64,000 bases of DNA, taken from assembly GCA_963737655.1 (NCBI GenBank), contig CAVTTN010000002.1, forward strand, positions 2,880,001 to 2,944,000, in the 5' to 3' direction. Both the position numbers and the translations under genes were made by a program. The notes beneath the pieces are model-generated. The model did no database searches. It was not told where the DNA came from and saw only the letters and a list, made by a program, of their open reading frames with translations. The first letter of the stretch is position 1. Each line of letters begins with the position of its first letter. Below are positions 18,394-26,719 of this stretch, piece by piece. The DNA is from an uncultured Planctomycetota bacterium. GTDB taxonomy: Bacteria; Planctomycetota; Planctomycetia; Isosphaerales; Isosphaeraceae.

Positions 18394-19194
18394 ATGACGA
18401 CCGATCCCCGGACCCTCCGAGGAGGGCCCAAGGCCCGCGTCGGCCCGGGATGGGTCGCGAGGCTCGCGGCCGTCGTCGCATTCATCGCCGTCGGCTCGGC
18501 GGAAGTCCGGGCCGACCTGGACCCGGTGGCCGAGACCACCGAGGTCATGATGGAGTCGGAGAAGACCGCGGTCTTGACGCTGGTGTCGGCCTACGGCATC
18601 TACGACAACTCGCTGTCGTTCACCACCGCCCTGGACTCCACGGCGAAGACCTTCAGCGTCTCGACCGTCTCGGGGACGACCTACGGAGGCGCCGCCGTCT
18701 CGCTGGGAGTGACCGGCAGCTACGACACGAGCAGCTCGTCCTGGGCGTGGACCACCTCGGCGACCGTGGGGGCCGACTCCTGGGTCGGGATCGGCTCGGA
18801 GACGATCACGGGCGATCCCCTGGCGTCGATCCTCTTCAACGTGTCGGTCCTCGGGGTCACCATCGATTACCACATGACCTACACGGCCGGCACCGGGCCC
18901 TATTCAGGGGACGTCAGCAGCAACGGATCGGGGACGGTCACCCTGAGCGGGCAACCGGCCGCGGGGTTCACGGCAAGCGACTATTATGATCATACGACGA
19001 GGCATACCACCTGGCAGATCAGCGGCCCCGACTTCGGCATCGACTCCAGGGGCGATTATCCCATCGGAGGCGGTTCGGGCACGATGATCGCCGGCGTCAG
19101 CGCCGTGCCCGAGCCGTGCTCCCTGGCCTTGCTCGCCGTGGGAGGGCTGGGCGCCCTGGGCCTGAGACGGCGTCGGAGGCGGTCCCTCGCCTGA
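18394..19194 (+). CDS. PEP-CTERM sorting domain surface protein (Ser/Thr/Gly-rich)
   Basis: Signal peptide ending EVRA; C-terminus VPEPCSLALLAVGGLGALGLRRRRRR. Start could alternatively be 18373. Confidence 0.88.
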   Translation: MTTDPRTLRGGPKARVGPGWVARLAAVVAFIAVGSAEVRADLDPVAETTEVMMESEKTAVLTLVSAYGIYDNSLSFTTALDSTAKTFSVSTVSGTTYGGAAVSLGVTGSYDTSSSSWAWTTSATVGADSWVGIGSETITGDPLASILFNVSVLGVTIDYHMTYTAGTGPYSGDVSSNGSGTVTLSGQPAAGFTASDYYDHTTRHTTWQISGPDFGIDSRGDYPIGGGSGTMIAGVSAVPEPCSLALLAVGGLGALGLRRRRRRSLA

Positions 19195-19246
19195 GGCTCG
19201 CTCGGCCTCTCTCCAGAGCGGTTCGCGACCGGATCGCGCACCCGAT

Positions 19247-19303
19247 GGGTGGGCCATGACCTGCCGAGATCCGCCAGGCCGGCAGGCCGAGGCCTGCCCT
19301 ACG
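19247..19303. repeat. REP-like element, family B (degenerate copy), between convergent genes
   Basis: gccggcaggccgaggcctgccctacg matches the right arm of the 31041-31101 element. Confidence 0.65.
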
Positions 19304-19345
19304 AAGCCCGTCGTGCGCAACCCGGCCGAGATCCGACCATTAACC

Positions 19346-20092
19346 TCAGCACATGCCGCCCATCCCGTGGCCGCCGGCGTTGTGGCCGGTCACCAGGCCG
19401 AAATAGGGGTAGGTGGCGGTGCTGGTGCTGCCCTCGGCGGCGAGGACGGCCGCGTAGTCGGTGTTGATGGCGGTGATGTCGGCCGAGGTGATGTTCGAGG
19501 CGGTCACCGCGGCGGCCAGGGCGTTGTACGCCGTGGTCAGGTCGGTGGTTTGCTGGGTCGTCGGGGTGCTCGTGTAGAGCGCCTCGAACTGGGCCAATAG
19601 CGTGGCGTTGCCGGCGAGCGTGGTGCCCGAGGCGTTCGCGGTCACGAGGCTGTCCTCGAAGCTGGACAGCGCCGACTGGCTGCTGGGCGTCAGGCCGTCG
19701 GCCGAGAGCGTCTGGAACGCCGAGGTGATGGCGGTCAACTGGCCGATCGTGGTGCCCGAGGCCAGCTCGATCGTCTGCTCCTCGCCGTGGAGCGTCTGGA
19801 GGGCCGTCGTCAGGGCCGAATTCGTGGTGCCGGTCGTGCCCGAGGTGCTCGACGTGGTCGTGCCCGAGGTGCTCGACGACGACGAGGTGGTGGTGCTGGT
19901 GCCGGTGGTCGAGGCGGTGGCGGCGTGGAGGTGGGCCAGCGCGTGATGGGCGAAGTGGCCGTGGGCCGGGACGACCCGGGTCTCCAGGCCCTCGCACGAC
20001 AGGCTCGCCGGCCGGGGCCGACGGGCCGAGGGCCGGGCGTCCTGCGACCGGCCGAGGATCAGGTTGAACAGGGAGCCTCGTCGAATCGGCAT
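19346..20092 (-). CDS. Planctomycete-type secreted Thr/Ser/Ala-rich protein
   Basis: RRPRPASLSCEGLETRVVPA signal motif, His-rich stretch, Thr/Ser low-complexity segment. Confidence 0.8.
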   Translation of the reverse strand: MPIRRGSLFNLILGRSQDARPSARRPRPASLSCEGLETRVVPAHGHFAHHALAHLHAATASTTGTSTTTSSSSSTSGTTTSSTSGTTGTTNSALTTALQTLHGEEQTIELASGTTIGQLTAITSAFQTLSADGLTPSSQSALSSFEDSLVTANASGTTLAGNATLLAQFEALYTSTPTTQQTTDLTTAYNALAAAVTASNITSADITAINTDYAAVLAAEGSTSTATYPYFGLVTGHNAGGHGMGGMC

Positions 20093-20374
20093 CGTCTCAT
20101 CTCCGGAATCAAGAGGTGAAGGTTCGAAAGGATGGGACGGACGACGATCGGACCCACCGGGTCGGTGGCGAGCTCGCCGGGTTCGCCGCGATCTTTGAGT
20201 CGGCCTCGACGGGATCGCGATCGTTCCGCCGCCCTTAAGACCGAGGGCCGGACGCCTCGGCGGCGCGGCTCGGGGGCGATCTTGCTCGGCGGACGCGGTC
20301 CGGCCTCGGGGCTGGCGGCCCGGGGCGATCGGGGCGATGATCGGGGATCGATCCTGCGCGCCGGAGGGGCCGCC

Positions 20375-21352
20375 ATGAGGGGCTGGAATCGCCGGGAATT
20401 CGTCGCCTCGCTCGGGATGCTCGCCGCCCGCTCCGCCGAGGACCGGCCGGCCCCGATCCCTCGGGCCGGCGCGTTCCGCAAGGTGTACGATCCGGGTCGG
20501 GGCCGCCCGGGAGGCCCCTGGCACATGAACGATCATGCCTTCATCCGTGGGCCTGACGGCCTCTGGCACCTCTTCGGGATCGCCTGGCCCGATCCGGGCG
20601 TCTCGCCGGCCCCGGCTCGCGGGTTCCTCGAACACGCGACGGCCCGGACCCTGCTCCAGGACGGCTGGGACCGTCGCGATCCGGTCCTGGAGCTCGATCC
20701 GAAGCTCGGGGAGACGGTGATGTGGGCGCCTCACGTCGTCCTCGATCGCGGGACGTATCACCTGTTCGTCGCCACCGGAGGGCCGGACCTGACCCGGTGG
20801 GGGATCACCCGGGCCACGTCTCGCGACCTCGTCTCCTGGACGAGACGGCCCGAAGGCCCCCTGTTCCGAGACGGCTTCCAGGCGAGGGACCCGATGGTCT
20901 TCCGGCCGTCGAACGGTCGCGAATGGGTGATGGTCTACACGGCCACCGAGAGGCCCGACGGCGGCCGTCACGTCGTCGCGTATCGGACGAGCCCGGACCT
21001 GGACCACTGGAGCGATCGGAGGATCGCCTTCGCCGACGACCAGGAAGGGACGGACTTCGGCCCCACGGAATCGCCGTTCGTGGTGGAGCGAGACGGGACC
21101 TTTTACCTCTTCCTCGGGCCCCGACCGTATGATCGGCCGACGCCGGATCGTCCCAACTTCCGCCATCGGGGATACGTCGGCACGGACGTCTTCGCGAGCC
21201 GGGACTGGCGGTCGTGGACGATCGCCGACAAGCTGGCGCACCTGCCGGCCCACGCGGCGGAGGTGGTCCTCGACGGCGATTCGTGGTTCGTCAGCTCATG
21301 CGGGATCGGCCAGGGGGGGCTTTCGCTCGCGCCCCTTTCGTGGGATCGCTGA
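20375..21352 (+). CDS. Tat-exported five-bladed beta-propeller glycoside hydrolase (GH43/32-like)
   Basis: NRREF twin-Arg motif; NDHAFI...WHLF, WAPHVV, ARDPMV, TESPFVV. Confidence 0.8.
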   Translation: MRGWNRREFVASLGMLAARSAEDRPAPIPRAGAFRKVYDPGRGRPGGPWHMNDHAFIRGPDGLWHLFGIAWPDPGVSPAPARGFLEHATARTLLQDGWDRRDPVLELDPKLGETVMWAPHVVLDRGTYHLFVATGGPDLTRWGITRATSRDLVSWTRRPEGPLFRDGFQARDPMVFRPSNGREWVMVYTATERPDGGRHVVAYRTSPDLDHWSDRRIAFADDQEGTDFGPTESPFVVERDGTFYLFLGPRPYDRPTPDRPNFRHRGYVGTDVFASRDWRSWTIADKLAHLPAHAAEVVLDGDSWFVSSCGIGQGGLSLAPLSWDR

Positions 21353-21457
21353 GAACCGGGAGGCGGGCCGGTCCCGGGTCGATAAGGCGTGCCGCCCGAC
21401 TTGCCGGGCGATGGGGTGGTCGGTAGGAACGGGGAGACTTCGCGAAGGGGGGAACTC

Positions 21458-21701
21458 ATGGTGATCCAGGTCGGGCCGGAGTTGGAGACGGCCCTGGTGG
21501 AGCGGGCCCGTCGTCGGGGGACGTCGTCGGGGGACGTCGCCGGAGGCCCTGGCCCTGGACCTCTTGAGGGAAGGCCTCTTCCCCGCCGATTCGCCGATGG
21601 ACCCCCGCGACGCCTGGGAACGCCTCCTGGTCTCGATTGCGACCGATTGCGGGACGGCCCTGCCCCATTCGGCGTTCGGGAGCGAGGAGCTGTACGAATA
21701 G
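21458..21701 (+). pseudogene. Small antitoxin-like gene disrupted by a 13-bp tandem duplication
   Basis: cgtcgtcggggga is duplicated (21509-21521 / 21522-21534). Removing one copy gives a 76-aa ORF, MVIQVGPELETALVERARRRGTSPEALALDLLREG...DAWERLL...GSEELYE. Confidence 0.7.
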
Positions 21702-21760
21702 TCGTCCCGGGGCTCGCCGTCGTCGATCCGTCGAGCCTCGGGCCCCGGGGCCCTGAGATC

Positions 21761-21792
21761 GTCGAACCCTTCGATCGATCGAAGGGTTCGAC
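21761..21792. repeat. Perfect 32-bp palindrome
   Basis: gtcgaacccttcgatcgatcgaagggttcgac. Confidence 0.7.
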
Positions 21793-21914
21793 GCCGGTCG
21801 GAATCCGCCTTGGCAGGGATGGCCCGGCCCGGTATCCTCCGACGTTCGATCCGCCGGCCCTTCGTTGCGAGGGGCCGGGATGGATCGGGTCGCCGTCAGG
21901 GAGGACGGGACGGG

Positions 21915-22961
21915 ATGAAGGCCCTGGCTTTCCTGGAAGCCCCGGACCACGTGTGCGGCCGATATCGCGTCTCGGCCTTCGCCTCGGCGCTGGACGACTG
22001 CGGATGGTCGCTCCGGGTCGAGGGGATCGCTTCGGGCCTGCGGAGGCGACTGGCGCAGCTCCGTTCGGCCCGCGATTTCGATTGCGTGCTGCTCCAGAGG
22101 AAGCTCTTGCCGGGCTGGCAACTGGCGATCCTCCGCTCCGCCGCGCCCCGGCTCGTGTTCGATTTCGACGACGCGATCCTCTACCGCGACTCCTTCGCCG
22201 ATCGAGGCCCGTTCTCCCGGCGGAGGGCCTCGCGGTTCTCGAAGACCGTGAGCGCGGCCGATTTCGTCCTCGCCGGCAACGAGTTCCTGGCCGATTGCGC
22301 CGTGTCCTCGGGCGCGAAGGCGGCGAGGGTCCGCGTGGTCCCCACGTGCGTCGACCCGGGGCGTTATCCCGTCGCCGAGCATCGCGACGAGGGCCCATTG
22401 CGGCTGGTGTGGGTCGGCTCGTCGAGCACCCTTCGCGGGCTGGAGGAACGGGCCGATTTGTTCCGTCGGCTGGGATCGGCCGTCCCGGGGCTGACTCTGC
22501 GGGTCGTGGCCGATCGGTTCCCCTCGTTCGATCCTCTGAAAATCGAGGCCGTCCCCTGGAGCGAGGCGACCGAGGCCCGGGCGATCTCGGGGGCCGACGT
22601 GGGCGTGTCCCTGATCCCCGACGACCTCTGGAGCCGGGGGAAGTGCGGCCTGAAGACGCTCCAGTACGGCGCGGCGGGCTTGCCGACGATCGCCAACCCG
22701 GTGGGCGTCCACCCGAAGATGATCGAGCCGGGGCGGACCGGCTTCCTGCCCGCCACCGATGAGGCGTGGATCGCGGCGGTCCGGCTCCTGGCCGAGGACG
22801 CCGACCGCCGCCGACGGATGGGCCAGGCCGCCCGGGCGAAGGTCGAGGCCGATTACTCGGTCGCGTCGTGGTCCGGCGCGTTCGTGGCCGCGATCGCCGG
22901 GGGCCTGCCGGGCCCCGCGCCGCTCTCCCCCCCGCTCGCCAGGAAGGCGGACCTGCGATGA
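21915..22961 (+). CDS. Glycosyltransferase family 4 protein
   Basis: FDFDDA, VLAGN..LA, WVGSSST, GKCGLKTLQYGAAGLP..ANPVG. Confidence 0.9.
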   Translation: MKALAFLEAPDHVCGRYRVSAFASALDDCGWSLRVEGIASGLRRRLAQLRSARDFDCVLLQRKLLPGWQLAILRSAAPRLVFDFDDAILYRDSFADRGPFSRRRASRFSKTVSAADFVLAGNEFLADCAVSSGAKAARVRVVPTCVDPGRYPVAEHRDEGPLRLVWVGSSSTLRGLEERADLFRRLGSAVPGLTLRVVADRFPSFDPLKIEAVPWSEATEARAISGADVGVSLIPDDLWSRGKCGLKTLQYGAAGLPTIANPVGVHPKMIEPGRTGFLPATDEAWIAAVRLLAEDADRRRRMGQAARAKVEADYSVASWSGAFVAAIAGGLPGPAPLSPPLARKADLR

Positions 22962-24736
22962 CCCCCCTGCTCTCCCGACGTCGCCGGAGCGGACGCCCTC
23001 GCGAGCCCCTGTTCAAGCCTCCCGGATGGGACTGGACCCGCGCCGGGGAAGTCGGCTGGTGGGTCCGCCCCGAGTGGCGAGACGCCCTGATCGGGCCCGA
23101 CGGCCTGAAGCTCGACCAGTGGCTGGCCGAGGGCCGGCTCGCCACGATCAAGACCGGGCCCCATCGCGTCGTGTATCGCGCCGATCTGCCCGAGGGCACG
23201 GTCTTCGTCAAGCATTTCCTCGTGCCGGGCTGGAAGGAAAAGCTCCGCCAGTGGTTCCGCCGAGGCAAGGGCCGCAACGAGGGCCGGCGCGCCCTCCGCC
23301 TGGCCGGGATCGGCATCCCCACCATCACGCCGATCGCCCTGGGCGAGCAGCGCAAGCGGAAATTCCTCCTCGAGAACTACCTGATCACCCCGGCGATCGA
23401 GGCCACGGTCCCCCTGAACGAGTTCGTCGAGACGGTCCTGCCGCGATTCGAGCCCGTCCGTCAGGCGACGATCCGCCAGGCGCTGGCCGTGGCCCTGGCC
23501 GAGATCACCGCGACCCTCCACGAGGCCAAATTCGTCCACCAGGACTTCCATCCCGGCAACCTGCTCGTCCGGCTGGACGAGGAGGACCGCCCCCGGCTCT
23601 CGATGATCGACCTGGACGCCCTCCGCACCCGCCGCGAGCTCACGTGGAAGGAGGCGCAGGCGAACCTGGCGCTCCTGAACCATTATTTCTGGCTGCGGTG
23701 CGGCCGGACCGACCGCCTGAGGTTCCTCGAAGCCTACCTCCTGAGGCGGACCGGCAAGCCCCCGGACCTCGCCGACTTCGCCCGGGGGATCGAGACCTCG
23801 ACCCGGAAATGGGCCGAGAAGCTCTGGAGGCGGTGGGGCCGGCGGTGCCTGGGCACGAACAAGTATTTCCGCAAGCATCGCGGGTCGCACTGCTGGGCGG
23901 TGGCCGTCCGCGACGTGGCCAAGGACACGATGAGGCTCCTCCTGGCCGACCCCGACGCCCCGTTCGCCCGCGAGGACGCCGTGATCCTCAAGGATTCGCG
24001 GACCACCACCGTCGCCGAGGTCGACCTGCCGGTGGCCGGGACGATGACCCGGGTCATCTACAAGCGATTCAACCGCAAGAAGTTCCTCGACCCGATCTAC
24101 ACCCTGTTCCGCCCGAGCCGCGCGTGGAGGGCCTGGCAGAACGGCCAGCACCTGGCCAGCCGGGCCGTCCCCACGCCGAGGAACCTGGTCGTGATCGGCC
24201 GAGGGTCGAGACATATTCGGATCTTGCCCCATCAATTCTGGTCGCACGACACGTACCTCGTCACGGTGAAGGCCGAGCCGTCGATCACCCTGGGGGATTA
24301 CGGGCTGAAGGCGCTCCCGGGGCTGTCTCGCGAGCTCCGTCGCGAGCGAATCCGGAGGCTGATCCCGGCGCTGGCCCGCCTGATCCGCACCCTCCACGAG
24401 CGGTCGTTGTCGCATCGCGACCTCAAGGCGGCGAACATCCTGATCGAGGGGGACCCGGCGGCCGATTCGCCGTCCCTGAGCCTGATCGACCTGGTCGGGG
24501 CCGACCTGGAGCACCCGATCTCCCACCATCGCCAGGTCCAGAACCTGGCCAGGCTCCAGATCAGCCTGGCGGGCGTCCCGGGCCGGACCCGGACCGACGG
24601 CCTTCGGTTCCTCCGGTCGTACCTGCCCTGGGTCCACACCGGCAAACCCGAATGGAAGGCGCTGTGGCGAGACATCGCCCGGGCCTGCCAGGAGAAGGAG
24701 GAACAGAACCGCCGGAGGGGCCGCGCCCTCTCCTGA
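22958..24736 (+). CDS. Lipopolysaccharide kinase (Kdo/WaaP/InaA family) with two tandem kinase domains
   Basis: HQDFHPGNLL...IDLD and HRDLKAANIL...LIDL; start overlaps the GT4 stop (ATGA). Confidence 0.85.
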   Translation: MTPLLSRRRRSGRPREPLFKPPGWDWTRAGEVGWWVRPEWRDALIGPDGLKLDQWLAEGRLATIKTGPHRVVYRADLPEGTVFVKHFLVPGWKEKLRQWFRRGKGRNEGRRALRLAGIGIPTITPIALGEQRKRKFLLENYLITPAIEATVPLNEFVETVLPRFEPVRQATIRQALAVALAEITATLHEAKFVHQDFHPGNLLVRLDEEDRPRLSMIDLDALRTRRELTWKEAQANLALLNHYFWLRCGRTDRLRFLEAYLLRRTGKPPDLADFARGIETSTRKWAEKLWRRWGRRCLGTNKYFRKHRGSHCWAVAVRDVAKDTMRLLLADPDAPFAREDAVILKDSRTTTVAEVDLPVAGTMTRVIYKRFNRKKFLDPIYTLFRPSRAWRAWQNGQHLASRAVPTPRNLVVIGRGSRHIRILPHQFWSHDTYLVTVKAEPSITLGDYGLKALPGLSRELRRERIRRLIPALARLIRTLHERSLSHRDLKAANILIEGDPAADSPSLSLIDLVGADLEHPISHHRQVQNLARLQISLAGVPGRTRTDGLRFLRSYLPWVHTGKPEWKALWRDIARACQEKEEQNRRRGRALS

Positions 24737-24812
24737 TCGGACCTCGCGCCCGACCCCCTGCGACTCGACTCGACCCGACACGCCCGGCCGAACCCGAGAG
24801 GGACGCCGATTC

Positions 24813-25760
24813 ATGGACCTTGCACCTTCGCGAACGCTTCCGATCCTCGGCCTCGGCCTGGGCCTGGTCCTCCTGGCCGGCTGCGCCACGGTCCGCGCCC
24901 CGGCCGAGAAGCCGCTGTTGCCGACCCAGAGCCAGACCAGGGTGGGCCCGTATGTGGTGTTCACCTCCGAGCCCATCCCGAGCGACGCCCCCGCCCTGAA
25001 ACACCTGGCGAGCCTGGAGAAGCAGGTCGAGACGACCCTGGGCCTCCGCGTCCCGGAGGGCGAGGCGCCGATCGAGGTCTACGTCCTCGACGGACCCGAA
25101 GAATTCCGCCACTTCCTGATGTTCTATTTCCCCGAGCTCCCCACCCGGCGCGCGTTCTTCCTCGCCCAGGGGAATCGACGGGTCGTCTACACGTATCAGG
25201 GCGGCCGGCTCGAAGAGGACCTCCGGCACGAGGCCACCCACGCCCTCCTCCACGCCGCGGCGGCCGACCTGCCCCTGTGGCTCGACGAGGGCCTGGCCGA
25301 GTACTTCGAGGTCGAGGAAGGCAAGGCGGGCCTGAACGCCGAGCACATCGCCCGGCTGCCCGACGACCTGGCCTCCGGCTGGGTGCCGGCCCTGCCCCGG
25401 CTCGAAGCCATGAAGGACGTCCGGCGGATGGGCCCTCGCGACTACCGAGAGTCGTGGGCCTGGGTCCACTTCCTCCTGAACGGCTCGCCCGAAGGGAAGA
25501 CGGCCCTGCTCGCCTATCTGAACGACCTCCGGCACGGAGGGGACGTCTCCCCCCTGTCGAAGAGGCTCGCCGCGTCCCTGGAAGACCCGGTCCCCGGGCT
25601 CGTGGCGCACATCAGCAGGGCCCGGGACCAACCGCCCACGGTCCGCCTCCAGGGCCCCGAGACCGTGACGCCCAGGCCCCCGGCGAAACGTCGAGGGCTG
25701 TTCCAACGCTGGTTCGGCGGGGAAAACGGGGACCGATCAACGGTTGCACCTAAAAATTGA
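24813..25760 (+). CDS. DUF1570-type zincin-like lipoprotein
   Basis: Lipobox LAGC; LRHEATHALLH, PLWLDEGLAEYFE, YRESWAWVHFL. Confidence 0.82.
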   Translation: MDLAPSRTLPILGLGLGLVLLAGCATVRAPAEKPLLPTQSQTRVGPYVVFTSEPIPSDAPALKHLASLEKQVETTLGLRVPEGEAPIEVYVLDGPEEFRHFLMFYFPELPTRRAFFLAQGNRRVVYTYQGGRLEEDLRHEATHALLHAAAADLPLWLDEGLAEYFEVEEGKAGLNAEHIARLPDDLASGWVPALPRLEAMKDVRRMGPRDYRESWAWVHFLLNGSPEGKTALLAYLNDLRHGGDVSPLSKRLAASLEDPVPGLVAHISRARDQPPTVRLQGPETVTPRPPAKRRGLFQRWFGGENGDRSTVAPKN

Positions 25761-25890
25761 TCGGGCATGATCCGTGGACGACCCCGATCGAAGTGGTCGA
25801 TCGAGTCGGGCCGACTCGATTCCTCATTCTCAACGGGGTTTCCTAGCGAACCGATCGGGCACCGGTTTTCGGTCCCCATTACCCGCAGCA

Positions 25891-26162
25891 GGGCCGTTTC
25901 CTTCTCCAAGAGTTTTCGGCCGGAAGCATTTGGGGCGGCAAGGGTTACGTCCGCGGAACCCGTGCCAGCCAAAACCTTTCGGAAGTGCTCTGGAGAAATC
26001 CCCGTCGAGAATGAGGAAACGAGTAGGTCCGACTTCAGTCGGGCCTGCGAAAAAAGGATTCTTGGAGGCCCGACTGAAGTCGGGCCGACTCGATACCTCA
26101 TTCTCGACGGGGTCTTCTCCAGAGCACCTGGGAAGAATCTTCCACCGAGAAGGAAACGGCCC
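25891..26162. mobile_element. Composite MITE-like element with perfect 16-bp terminal inverted repeats and a nested family-A hairpin (25986-26126)
   Basis: gggccgtttccttctc (25891-25906) / gagaaggaaacggccc (26147-26162). The outer part is homologous to 49394-49530 and the inner part to 3029-3165. Confidence 0.7.
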
Positions 26163-26255
26163 TCTTCCCCCCACCATCCTCCCTCGACATCGCGCGTCCC
26201 GGCCGGTTACCCTGGAAATTCCGGCCATCCGGCGATTTCGGGGAGGGCTCGTCCC

Positions 26256-26657
26256 ATGAAAACCGACGATTCGTCGAGCGACGACGAGGCGAAATCCGAG
26301 GAGGAGGAGGACGCCCTGGTCCTCTGCCTGCCGGTGGGGCTGGCGATGCTGGCGCCCGTGCCCGGCTCGATGCGGAAGGCCTGCGCCGATTGCGGACGGG
26401 CGATCTGGCATAGCCCGGCCTCGGCGGCGGCCCTGGCGGGCCGGCCCCACAAGCTGAAGTGCCCGGAGTGCTTCGGCGAGCTCCCGCCCGATGCCGAGAT
26501 CGCCCGGCCGACGGCCGGTCAGCTCGCCGAGATGCCCCCGGACGTCGCCGCGGAAGTGATCCGGCAGACCCGCAGCGCGAAGGCCCGGAGCAAGCTCCTG
26601 AGAGAGGCCCTCGACGCCGCGAAGCGTGGGGCGAAGCGTCGCCCCCGGGCGAATTGA
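26256..26657 (+). CDS. Small hypothetical protein with CxxC...CxxC zinc finger
   Basis: GGAGG RBS; acidic N-terminus; CADC and CPEC. Confidence 0.65.
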   Translation: MKTDDSSSDDEAKSEEEEDALVLCLPVGLAMLAPVPGSMRKACADCGRAIWHSPASAAALAGRPHKLKCPECFGELPPDAEIARPTAGQLAEMPPDVAAEVIRQTRSAKARSKLLREALDAAKRGAKRRPRAN

Positions 26658-26719
26658 AGAGGAATTCGTCGGGGGCCTCGCCGGCAAGAAGCCGGGGCCC
26701 CCTTCGAACGAAGCTCGCG

